IMG/VR virus record: IMGVR_UViG_3300013936_000013
Coordinates: 13,246-77,245 of that record
From: a virus
Taxonomy: Duplodnaviria; Heunggongvirae; Uroviricota; Caudoviricetes
DNA length: 64,000 nucleotides
Strand: one strand, 5' to 3'
Below, piece after piece: positions 17,104 through 26,146 of this stretch; the first letter of the stretch is position 1; each line of letters opens with the position of its first letter. The notes beneath the pieces were generated by a model, which saw nothing but the letters and a program-made list of their open reading frames with translations, was not told the origin of the DNA and did not search any database. The position numbers were made by a program, and so were the translations under genes.

Positions 17104-17423
17104 TGACGCGATGTACCTACGTCATCCGCTTCTTCAATTACTATTGATTCAGCATAAGTTTCAATAATAGATGCTTTCATAATCTTATAATTTTCAGCCT
17201 GAAAGGCTTCATCATTAAGATAAGTCTCTTTAGCTCTTTTCAGATAAAAAGTTAGTCCATCTTTCGCGGCATCTACGCTCCGCCATCTTTCAATTTCATT
17301 TGACCACATCTGAGTGAAATAAAAAGAATAATTGGTTCGTCTCTTAGCTAGAGCTTCACCTCTTGAATTAATAATGATATAATAAGTATCTTTTACTGCT
17401 CTTGATGACTTTGTTGAATCCAT
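17100..17423 (-). CDS. Hypothetical protein (107 aa)
   Basis: ORF track; AAGGAG RBS. Confidence 0.7.
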   Translation of the reverse strand: MDSTKSSRAVKDTYYIIINSRGEALAKRRTNYSFYFTQMWSNEIERWRSVDAAKDGLTFYLKRAKETYLNDEAFQAENYKIMKASIIETYAESIVIEEADDVGTSRQ

Positions 17424-17440
17424 AAAATCTCCTTATTGTG

Positions 17441-17749
17441 TTACTCTTCTTTTTCATCCATATCAATTTCAACTTCGGTATCTTCCATCTCTTGACCCCA
17501 AGTCTTCAAATCAATATCTTCAATCTTTGCTCGAACTTCAAGGTCATAAAGATACTGACCCATCATACTTGCCTGATGTCTCAAAAGGCTCATATTACAA
17601 GTTGGCTCAAAGCCAAGAGTTCCTGCATCATAAGAAGTAATCATATCATGCAGTTTATCATATCTAATCTTTGTCTGCCAGTATTCTGCGGCGAACCTAG
17701 CTTTATAGCTTCCATCGACCATTGCCGCAATAGTATTTTTAAGTTCCAT
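17441..17749 (-). CDS. crAss001_48-like phage protein
   Basis: YKARFAAEYWQTKIRYDKLH...FEPTC...LLRHQASMMGQYL..LEVRAKIEDIDL matches the family pattern as I recall it. Confidence 0.6.
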   Translation of the reverse strand: MELKNTIAAMVDGSYKARFAAEYWQTKIRYDKLHDMITSYDAGTLGFEPTCNMSLLRHQASMMGQYLYDLEVRAKIEDIDLKTWGQEMEDTEVEIDMDEKEE

Positions 17750-18113
17750 TTTTATTTCCTTTCTCTGTATCAACTGCTTTTTTCATGCTGTCTTCAAGCT
17801 CATGTGCCCCAGTCAGCTGCTCTAGTACTGTATAAAAGTGCATTTTTTCATTACTTGCCCATCGTCTCCACCATAGAGGGTCTGTATTTGGCTCGATAGG
17901 ATCTCTAGGCTTAAGGCGCGCTAACTCATCAACAGCCGCAGCATATCTAAAATAGATACTATCAAATCCAAAAGCAAGTCTTTCTGCAACCAGCTTTCGA
18001 TGCACTTCTTTAGGAATAGTTACATTTGGATTTTCTTCTCTCAATGCTTCCGCAAACTTTTCATAATTTTCAAGGAGTTCATTAAATTCAGGATTGGTAG
18101 TTCTTTCGTTCAT
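17739..18113 (-). CDS. Hypothetical protein (124 aa)
   Basis: ORF track; AAGGAG RBS. Confidence 0.7.
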   Translation of the reverse strand: MNERTTNPEFNELLENYEKFAEALREENPNVTIPKEVHRKLVAERLAFGFDSIYFRYAAAVDELARLKPRDPIEPNTDPLWWRRWASNEKMHFYTVLEQLTGAHELEDSMKKAVDTEKGNKNGT

Positions 18114-18717
18114 TTTTCAAAATCTCCTTTGCTTTTACCCAATTCGTCTCAATAGCTCTTGTCATTGAATTTTCAACCTTAATTTGACAAGCCCTCATGG
18201 CACTAAGTGCGGTAGTATGGCTTACAGGAGTAACACCAGCACAGCAATAAGCATCTACAATGATAGGCACATTAGGCATTTCTGCCTTCAGCAGCATTGC
18301 ATTACTGATAACGCAAATATCAGTGCAAACACCAATCAAAGTAATACTCTCAATATCAAGCCCGCCAAAATCAGAATTATAGCTCCAAATATACTCACTT
18401 TCAGGATTAAAATATTCCATCAAACGAGTTGAACCAAAAGTAGGCTTGTCAAAAGTATTATCTTCAGTCACAAAAGGCTTCAACTCATCAATAATCTCCC
18501 AGCCTTCGGTCTGATAAATACAATGCGGAACAGGTAGGTTCTTGCCTTCTTGAGTCTCAAGGTAGTTGTCGAAATGGGTGTCGCGAGTGAAGAAGACAGC
18601 TCCATCCCAATTCTTTACTTTATCAACAACCGCAGGTACAATCTCTCTTGCTTCTGGCGTACCAAGACAACCAGTAATGAAATCATTCTGCATATCTACA
18701 ACAATAAGAATTTTCAT
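18088..18717 (-). CDS. pncA: Nicotinamidase (isochorismatase family)
   Basis: IVVDMQNDF (catalytic Asp), TRDTH and PHC metal ligands, FDKPTFGS, GVCTDICV (catalytic Cys). Confidence 0.9.
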   Translation of the reverse strand: MKILIVVDMQNDFITGCLGTPEAREIVPAVVDKVKNWDGAVFFTRDTHFDNYLETQEGKNLPVPHCIYQTEGWEIIDELKPFVTEDNTFDKPTFGSTRLMEYFNPESEYIWSYNSDFGGLDIESITLIGVCTDICVISNAMLLKAEMPNVPIIVDAYCCAGVTPVSHTTALSAMRACQIKVENSMTRAIETNWVKAKEILKNERKNYQS

Positions 18718-18729
18718 ATTAAACCTCTC

Positions 18730-19491
18730 TTAGTCCCAATTACAATTCGGATTATACATAGGCATCGGCAACAGCTTAAAAGTATTAGCATTATGCATCT
18801 TATCAATGCGGGCGGCAGTAGCTGTATCGTTACCAAAATCTCCAGTTCGGATGTAGCGGTCAAGGAACTGATAAGTAAAACCGAAATTATCTTCATCACT
18901 CTTATCAGTCAGACCATCCGCAGGAATCTTCTCAATAAACTTCTTAGGAAGACCCAGCTCATAGCCAATCTGCTTAACTTCAGTGACAGTCAACTTACCC
19001 AGAGGACTAAACTGACCTGCGCCATCGCCAAACAAAGTTGCCCAACCAACATAATCTTCAGAATAATTACAAGTATTAGCAACTCGACCATTCACGCTCT
19101 GAGCAACCATAAACAGAGTTGCCATACGAAGGCGGGCAGGCAGGTTAGTAGCAGCATTAGAGCTAAGTTTAATATCATTAGCCACAAGTTCCTCAGTCAG
19201 ACTATCATAGGCTTCGCCAATATTAATATCCATATAATCAATATCAAGATACTCACAAATCTCTACCGCAATATCGCTGTCCTTCATGGTATCATTAGGC
19301 ATAATTACGCCAAAGACTCTGTCCTTACCAAGAGCTTCACAGCACAGTGCCGCAACGATGGTAGAGTCCTTACCGCCGCTCATACCTACGACCGCATTGC
19401 AATCAGAGCCATTCTTACGGAAATAGTTACGAATCCAAGTAACAATCTCATCCTTAGTCTTCTTAGCATCAAAACTATAAGGTCTAATCAT
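18730..19491 (-). CDS. nadE: NH3-dependent NAD+ synthetase (no glutaminase domain)
   Basis: VVGMSGGKDST PP-loop, NLPARLRM, VANTCNYSE, GWATLFGD, LTVTEV, SDEDNFG; 253 aa. Confidence 0.92.
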   Translation of the reverse strand: MIRPYSFDAKKTKDEIVTWIRNYFRKNGSDCNAVVGMSGGKDSTIVAALCCEALGKDRVFGVIMPNDTMKDSDIAVEICEYLDIDYMDINIGEAYDSLTEELVANDIKLSSNAATNLPARLRMATLFMVAQSVNGRVANTCNYSEDYVGWATLFGDGAGQFSPLGKLTVTEVKQIGYELGLPKKFIEKIPADGLTDKSDEDNFGFTYQFLDRYIRTGDFGNDTATAARIDKMHNANTFKLLPMPMYNPNCNWD

Positions 19492-19547
19492 ATTTCTTAA
19501 TCTCCTTTATTTATCTTATAATTTATTATACCATATTTTTTATAAAA

Positions 19548-19581
19548 ATAAAAGGGTAAATTATTTAATTTACCCTTTTAT
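19548..19581 (-). terminator. Intrinsic terminator between macrodomain gene and nadE, overlapping the nadE promoter
   Basis: ATAAAAGGGTAAATT...AATTTACCCTTTTAT with a T-run on the minus strand; TGGTATAAT -10 at about 19525-19533. Confidence 0.7.
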
Positions 19582-19586
19582 ATTAT

Positions 19587-20045
19587 TTAATCTAGTTTCC
19601 AGAGTTCACAATGGACATCCTTAAAAATTTCTTCAATCATAGGTTCAACGACGCTCCAATCTGCGCCTCCCCGCACACAACCAATCTTATAAGGCATAGC
19701 TACTTTACTATTGTCCTGTTTAGCGATTGCGGCAACCGCAGATAGTGCGAGCTTTAGAGCTTTGATATTTGTGTACTGCCCGCCATCATAGCCATAATTA
19801 TCTTGAGCAAAACAATTTACAATGGTTCTATTAGGTTCAACCTTAATAAACTGAGCCTGACCAAGTAAAGAGGTTCCTAGCCCTACTGACCGCTCCCAAA
19901 GACTCATATATTCCCAATAAACATCAGGATAGCGTTCTCTAACTTCTTTAGCAACGCCGCTTGCCATCTTACCTTTACAATTCACCTGATGACAAATATA
20001 TTTTGCATCAGTATCAAAAACATTACCAGTTTTAATTTCTACCAT
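19587..20045 (-). CDS. Macrodomain ADP-ribose hydrolase (Poa1p/DarG/TARG1-like)
   Basis: GNVFD, ICHQVNCKGKMASGVAK, IVNCFAQ, AMPYKIGCVRGGADW. Confidence 0.88.
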   Translation of the reverse strand: MVEIKTGNVFDTDAKYICHQVNCKGKMASGVAKEVRERYPDVYWEYMSLWERSVGLGTSLLGQAQFIKVEPNRTIVNCFAQDNYGYDGGQYTNIKALKLALSAVAAIAKQDNSKVAMPYKIGCVRGGADWSVVEPMIEEIFKDVHCELWKLD

Positions 20046-21556
20046 TAAAATGCGTATCCCTTTCCATTTTTAATGCTCTTAAAAGTATTCAAAGTCTCTC
20101 GAACATTCTGCAGAGTCTGCTCTTCAACCATCTGGCTATTGCGATAAACAGGATCAAGCCAATTATAAGATTCAATAGCATCCCACTGCTCCTGATTCAA
20201 TCCGTCCTGATAAATAAAATGTCCTTCCTTAGTATCAAAACTTACATTACACAGACCCTTAAGACTCTTCTTGAAATTGTCAATATCAGTTTTAGGGTTC
20301 TTAAAGATAGGAACTTCTTTGCCATTAATGATTCCATAGGTTGCCTTAACCGCCATACCAAAAGTGTCACGAGTAAAAGGCTTCAGGGCTCCATCCTGCT
20401 CAATGCACTGCATAGAAAAAGAACCAACACCAAGACTAACATTATTGGCGGCAAAGCCCTTACTCTCCAACTCCTTATAAATAGCTTCACACCGCTGGAT
20501 AGTAATAGAATCACCGTACAGAGCCTTTACATGAGAATCAAGAACTTTATAACCCTTGCTATTAATGGTTCCGCCAAAAATATCCCACAAATGATAAACA
20601 GTCTGAGTGACAATATCAATAGGATTACCAGAATCACCACGAATCAATAGGGTGCCATCATGATTCATAATTTCGTCCTTTAACTGCGGCAGAATGTTAT
20701 CAACCATATTCCAATAGTCATAAGAATCAGAAACCATAGAGAAGCTAGAATGCGGGTACAGCTGAGTCAGCGCACGACGGACAAAAGAAATCTCATCTCC
20801 ATCAACCGCCGCATTAGAACACATAACACTATGTTCGGTACTAATTGCACCAAACGCCACAGGCTCTTTAGAACAGTCGCAATTATACATTTTCTCAAGG
20901 TAAGGAATAGCAGGAACAGTTGCAGTATTAAGAAAGCTCAAGCACCAACCCGCACTAGACTTAATTGCGGATTGCATGCACTCCTGACCGCGGAAACTAA
21001 AATCACCCAGAGCTCTTGCATGAGGAACATTATCTTCAACAGTCATGTCGTAATACTTATCGACAATATCACGATACAGAGAACCAACTGTGGCAGAAAT
21101 CATAGGATGCCACAACTCAGAACTCATAAAAGACTCCAGAAACTGCGGAACCCATGCAAAATCAGGATGAGTATTGCTCATTTCAAGGAAAGGCACGTGA
21201 ATAGGGCACAGAGAACCTTCGGGCAGAGCACGAATTTCAACAGGCAGATAGCCCAAATCATGCAGAGCCATAATCTTATTAATATCATACGCGGTAGAGC
21301 CAAGGGTATTATCAAGCACGTGCTGATATTCCTTCTTTACCTTATCCGCAGGCTGATTAAAGAAATTCTCATTAAAGTAATCAATCAGATAGTTCTTACA
21401 AAAAGCCTGAATGCCAAAGACGACAACACTATCAACACCGTCCAGACGACTCATTCGAGGAGTAAAATAGCTCACCAGCTTAGTAGTGCCTTCAGGGAAC
21501 TGCTGGGCATGAGTAGTCTTATAAAAATCACACATCAGCATAGGATTAATATTCAT
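20045..21556 (-). CDS. NAMPT-fold phosphoribosyltransferase (nicotinate- or nicotinamide-using; Namat-like candidate)
   Basis: CDFYKTTH, GDFSFRG, STEHSVM, VSDSYD, IRGDSG, YGDSIT, TRDTFG, K-S-KG motifs; 503 aa; TAA overlaps next ATG. Confidence 0.9.
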   Translation of the reverse strand: MNINPMLMCDFYKTTHAQQFPEGTTKLVSYFTPRMSRLDGVDSVVVFGIQAFCKNYLIDYFNENFFNQPADKVKKEYQHVLDNTLGSTAYDINKIMALHDLGYLPVEIRALPEGSLCPIHVPFLEMSNTHPDFAWVPQFLESFMSSELWHPMISATVGSLYRDIVDKYYDMTVEDNVPHARALGDFSFRGQECMQSAIKSSAGWCLSFLNTATVPAIPYLEKMYNCDCSKEPVAFGAISTEHSVMCSNAAVDGDEISFVRRALTQLYPHSSFSMVSDSYDYWNMVDNILPQLKDEIMNHDGTLLIRGDSGNPIDIVTQTVYHLWDIFGGTINSKGYKVLDSHVKALYGDSITIQRCEAIYKELESKGFAANNVSLGVGSFSMQCIEQDGALKPFTRDTFGMAVKATYGIINGKEVPIFKNPKTDIDNFKKSLKGLCNVSFDTKEGHFIYQDGLNQEQWDAIESYNWLDPVYRNSQMVEEQTLQNVRETLNTFKSIKNGKGYAF

Positions 21557-21574
21557 AAATTTTATACCTCTCTT

Positions 21575-22408
21575 TTAAATTCTGCAACTTGCAATCATAC
21601 TCTGTTCTGCGGGAAAAATAAGAATATTTGCATTTCGTTTAGTAAGAATACTATCAGTAGTATAAACAACATCAATTAATCGTTCATCAGTAAAGATTTT
21701 ACCCTTATTCCCATCAAGAATACTATCTTCACAGTGAGTAACATACATATCAATGTCTCCTGCGCCGGCAGCCTTTAGAGCCTTAGCGCTATAATACATA
21801 GTCCCGCCATAAGCACAAATGTCATCAATCATCAGGACTTTTGGACGAATCATTGTTTTTAAAATGTCTTCTCCAACAACCTTAAGCCCCTTAATTTCGC
21901 CAGTATTCCAATCACGAATTTTATCTCCATGCAGAACAGGTTTATCACAGCACTGATGGATTGCGGACTCATAACGCTTCATAGCTCCTGCATCTGGGAA
22001 ATAAATAACGTCAGCACTGCTACAAATAATAGCTTTCTTAATTGCATTAATGGGCTGATAATTAATACAATTATCAAGTAGTCCAACGGATACGTCACTA
22101 TGAGCATCAAGCACATGAATCTCTGCGAAACCCACAGCATTTAACATTTTTGCAAAATACTTAAGAGTAAAAATATCCCCCTTATGAACTCTATCCATTC
22201 GAGCATTAGGGATATAAGGCATATAAAGAACAGGTTTGTATCCGCGGCTCTTCATATACTCGCCAATCATACAAACGATAGGAAATTCGCTCATTTCATG
22301 ATAATGCCAACTAACAACACCATCCATTGTCATAGAAGGATTTTCCTTCAAAAGAGGGGTTCTATCAGGAAACTGACCAATATCAATACCTCGTGTGTAA
22401 ATCATCAA
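21575..22408 (-). CDS. Ribose-phosphate pyrophosphokinase family protein (Prs / Adps-like)
   Basis: MPYIPNARMDR, LDAHS, FPDAGA, KIRDWNTG, IDDICAYGGT, VTHCE, TTDS. Confidence 0.9.
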   Translation of the reverse strand: MMIYTRGIDIGQFPDRTPLLKENPSMTMDGVVSWHYHEMSEFPIVCMIGEYMKSRGYKPVLYMPYIPNARMDRVHKGDIFTLKYFAKMLNAVGFAEIHVLDAHSDVSVGLLDNCINYQPINAIKKAIICSSADVIYFPDAGAMKRYESAIHQCCDKPVLHGDKIRDWNTGEIKGLKVVGEDILKTMIRPKVLMIDDICAYGGTMYYSAKALKAAGAGDIDMYVTHCEDSILDGNKGKIFTDERLIDVVYTTDSILTKRNANILIFPAEQSMIASCRI

Positions 22409-22605
22409 ATTCCTCCCATATCATGCGGATCTGTAACCCCATCGCGCTCACTAGCTGAGGTCTTCCGCATCATCACAATATCATGTTCTGCTCGTTCATC
22501 TGCATCATGTGAAACACTACACATTGCAAAAACAAAGAAATAAACAAAAGCAACACCAGCAAAGATTGACAACCAAATCCAATTATCCATTAGCCATTTA
22601 ATCAT
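22405..22605 (-). CDS. Small single-TM membrane protein
   Basis: MIKWLMDNWIWLSIFAGVAFVYFFVFAMC; TGA overlaps ATG of the Prs-like gene. Confidence 0.6.
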   Translation of the reverse strand: MIKWLMDNWIWLSIFAGVAFVYFFVFAMCSVSHDADERAEHDIVMMRKTSASERDGVTDPHDMGGI

Positions 22606-22759
22606 TTTTATCCTTCCAATCATTATTGATAAATTCATCAACAAAAACAATTACCCAACAGATACAATAGAGAAGTCCCATAAAAGCAAAAGCAAAAACC
22701 ACTGCGGCTACGAGACAAATAATAATATAAATAACAAAAAGAATGAAAATATTAACCAT
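22598..22759 (-). CDS. Small hydrophobic membrane protein (53 aa)
   Basis: Manual translation MVNIFILFVIYIIICLVAAVVFAFAFMGLLYCICWVIVFVDEFINNDWKDKND; overlaps both neighbours. Confidence 0.55.
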   Translation of the reverse strand: MVNIFILFVIYIIICLVAAVVFAFAFMGLLYCICWVIVFVDEFINNDWKDKND

Positions 22760-23078
22760 AATACTTTAACACCTGTTTCTTAATAAACTGTTTTAATTTT
22801 GCGGTATCGAGCTCTCCCGGAACTTCAACATCAGCCGCAGGGAAATAAACGACCTTAATCGCGTGTTCCTGACAAAACTGAATTGCTTCCCAATCTTCAC
22901 CAGACTGATTGCCATCCCAAAAGATAAGGCACATATCCGCATCAGATTGCAGCCCCATCCGAACTTCAGTAATTTTTTCGCCGCAGAGTTCACACGCATC
23001 TTTAACCCAATTCATTGTGCGCAACATATCTGCGGTTCGCGCATGATTGAATCGAAAATGTTGAATATCAAATTTCAT
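22752..23078 (-). CDS. Hypothetical protein, possibly a truncated SLOG/YspA-like nucleotide-binding domain
   Basis: ADMCLIFWDGNQSGEDWEAIQFC...IKVVY resembles the SLOG IAFWDG.S.GT motif. Confidence 0.45.
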   Translation of the reverse strand: MKFDIQHFRFNHARTADMLRTMNWVKDACELCGEKITEVRMGLQSDADMCLIFWDGNQSGEDWEAIQFCQEHAIKVVYFPAADVEVPGELDTAKLKQFIKKQVLKYYG

Positions 23079-23565
23079 CAGGCTCTTCCTTTCTATAAAG
23101 TTCTTTTTGCTCTTGATACCAATTCAAAGTTGAAGAGGGGCAAATACAGCCGCAACAAAACCAATCACATTCCATAGAACATTGACAACTTTCATCTAAA
23201 CAATATGGAATTTGAACTGGCTGTTGATGAGTTGTATTTGTAAGCTCCCATTCTTTCGCTAATTGAATATTATAATTATTTACAATCCAATAATAACGAA
23301 AAAGAAATTTATGTTCTTGATATTCTTTCTTTTGTTCATCGGTATATGGAAAATATGCTTTCCACATATGTTTCCCATTAATAGTCCAATCTTCCTCTTC
23401 TTTTGGTCGTTCAACAATCCAACCTTGCTTTTCAACTTTTTGAGCTTCCGCTTCAGAATGAACTGTTTTTGTTTTAAAAGGGTCAGAAATATGAGCTAAA
23501 ATACAATGGTCATTCCAAGCCAAATCAGAAAGCAAAGATGCTGAACCAAGTGGGGTAAGTGTCAT
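23068..23565 (-). CDS. Hypothetical protein (165 aa), first gene of the leftward block
   Basis: ORF track; AAGGA RBS; divergent promoters at about 23595-23662. Confidence 0.7.
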   Translation of the reverse strand: MTLTPLGSASLLSDLAWNDHCILAHISDPFKTKTVHSEAEAQKVEKQGWIVERPKEEEDWTINGKHMWKAYFPYTDEQKKEYQEHKFLFRYYWIVNNYNIQLAKEWELTNTTHQQPVQIPYCLDESCQCSMECDWFCCGCICPSSTLNWYQEQKELYRKEEPDEI

Positions 23566-23697
23566 ATTTATTCCTTCTTTCTTTTGATAATTTATTATAA
23601 CATTTTTTTATAAAGTTATCAATGGGCAAATTTTTGAATTACTGAAAAAAATATGATATACTAGAAATAAAAAGGAAGAAAGGAGATTTTTTATTAT

Positions 23698-24927
23698 ATG
23701 GATGACGCTTATAATAATAAAAATCTAGTACTAAGAGATGAGGATGATGAAGAAGATCCCTCAAATGACTTAGATTATGTAGACTAGAGAATTGAAGACT
23801 TAACAGAGACAGAAACTAAAAAATCTTCTACTAAGTTAGATTATTCTCTTTAGACAAAAGAAGAACGCAATGCTTTAGTAACAAAAATTATTGCGGAGAC
23901 TCCGCCTGAGCAACTTACACCTAAATACTTGGAGATTTTGGCAGACTACATTGTATTCGCTATGGATAAAGAAGAAAGAAAAGGAAAAAAGACTCTTACT
24001 CCAAATAGAATGGTTACAATAAATAAGCGGGAAACCTCTTATGAAGGGCTTGTAGCTAAGCTAGAAAATGGAGAAGATGGTATTTATGGAATGATTTCCG
24101 ATTTGGGAAAAAATATTCTGTTTACGCCAAAGAATGAGATTACTCAAGCTGATATTGATGAAGTTCCAGGACTTAAGGAATTACGCGATAATATTCAATA
24201 GCTTGAAGAATAGGAAAAGCTAGCCCGCGGCAAACGTAAATATCTTTTAAAGAAATAGATTATTGAGATGCGGCAAGATTAGTATGTTCTTAAGAATGAA
24301 TTTAGAAAGCCTATTCATGTTATGAATGTCTTTAAAGGTTTTAATCAAATTGATTTTGATGAACATATTACAATTAATGATGATGGGACTGTATCAAGTG
24401 ATGGTATTATTTCTTTCTTTAATCCTAAACATATTTCCGCACTTTTATGTAATTACTCCAAATTAAAAGAAAATGCTTGGGGCGTATTTGAGAGCGATGG
24501 ATATTACATGATGGAAGATCTCGATCGCTTGATTGAATAGACTCTAAAAGATAAATACCCGCTTTACTATGACCTTTTGATTTATAAGATTGATGGCAAA
24601 GCTAACGCAGAAATTTAGTCTTTACTTTTTAGAGATCACCATATTAAACATTCTGTTGAATACATTTCCTGTCTTTGGCGCAATAAGATTCCTAAGCTAT
24701 TGGCGGAATAGGCACAAGAGAACTATATAATGTGGTACTATACTACTCAAGAGAAGGGTAAATGGAAGAAATGTGGTCGTTGCGGTCAAGTAAAACTTGC
24801 ACATAACCGCTTCTTCTCTCGCAACAATTCTAGTAAAGATGGCTGGTATAGTATCTGTAAAGAATGTAGAAATACTAAAATTCCTAAATTTTCTATGGAC
24901 GAAATGCCGCAAGAAGAAACTTGCTAA
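23698..24927 (+). CDS. Putative transcription regulator (helical/HTH-like C-half plus C-terminal Zn ribbon; code 15, 409 aa)
   Basis: AAGGAG RBS; 9 in-frame TAG; ends TAA; CGRCG...CKECR Zn motif; preceded by TTGAAT-17-TG.TATACT. Confidence 0.8.
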
Positions 24928-24958
24928 AAACATATAAGAGAAAAGGAGGTTAGTATTT

Positions 24959-26146
24959 ATGCCTACATATTCTGGTGTATATAAAGTTTGTGCTAGATGT
25001 AATCGCAAACTTAAAGAAGAAAATTTTTATACGATGAAGACTGGCGGAAGAGCAGACCTTTGTAAAGAATGCTTAACCGCACATATTGATAATTTTGATC
25101 CAAGTACTTTTCTTTGGGCTCTTGAAAAAATGGATGTTCCTTATATCCCTGGCGAATGGAACGTATTAAGAGATAGAGCTTATAATAAAGACCCAAAAAA
25201 GATGAATGGTATGTCTGTTTTTGGTAAGTATCTTTCTAAGATGAAATTAAAACAATGGAAAGATTATGGCTGGGCTGATTCTGAAAGACTTCAAGAGGAA
25301 GCTGGAGAAAAAGCAGCTAAAAAAGAAGAAGAGAAAAAAGAGTTTGAAAAAGATTTAAAAGAGCGGCATGAGAGTGGTGAGATTTCAGATGCGGAATATC
25401 TTACCTACATGAGCACAGAAAGTTAGAATGATGAATATATCAATAACTTATCTCAACAAGATGTTGTTGGAGCAAATAATTATTTCCGTGAAGAGAATTA
25501 TATTGATTAGTCTGAGCTTCCTGATCCTGCCGCACAATTAACTCAAGAAGATAAAATCTATCTTGCAATGAAGTGGGGTAGACTTTATAAGCCTGATGAA
25601 TGGGTCACTTTGGAACAAAAGTATACAGATATGAAAAAGTCTTTTACTATTAATGATTCTGATTCTGAAAGTGCTTTGATTCTTATTTGCAAAACTTATT
25701 TGAAGATGAATTAGGCGGCTGATGCAGGTGATTATGACACCTTCCAGAAGCTATCTCGCGTTTATGATTCTTTGCGTAAAGGCTCTAAGTGGACAGCCGC
25801 ACAAAACAAAGAAGGCAAATCTGATGCTGTTGATTCTGTTGGCGAATTAGTGTTGATGTGTGAAAAATAGGGTTTTATTCCTCGTTACGTAACTAATATT
25901 CCTCAAGATAAAGTTGATTAGACTCTTGCGGATATGAATAAATATGTTTATAACTTAGTTACTAAAGATTTAGGTCTAGGTCAATAGATTGAAACTCAGT
26001 TAAAGAAAATGAAAATCCATGAAGAAATGGAGCATGATGAAGAGACTGGTAACACTTAGCTTACTGACCAAGACCATGAGGATTTTTATAAAAGTGTTTT
26101 TGCTCAGCGTCGTAGAGATAATAATGCGATTGAGGAGGATATCTAA
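24959..26146 (+). CDS. Probable terminase small subunit (N-terminal Zn finger; code 15, 395 aa)
   Basis: CARC...CKEC; TAG read-through to a TAA overlapping the ATG of the large terminase; position. Confidence 0.7.

Noticed and set aside
18184-22543. Long plus-strand ORFs 18550-19500, 20219-20650, 20750-21679, 22184-22543
   Set aside because: Antisense shadows of nadE, the PRTase and the Prs-like gene; no RBS, no recognisable motifs.
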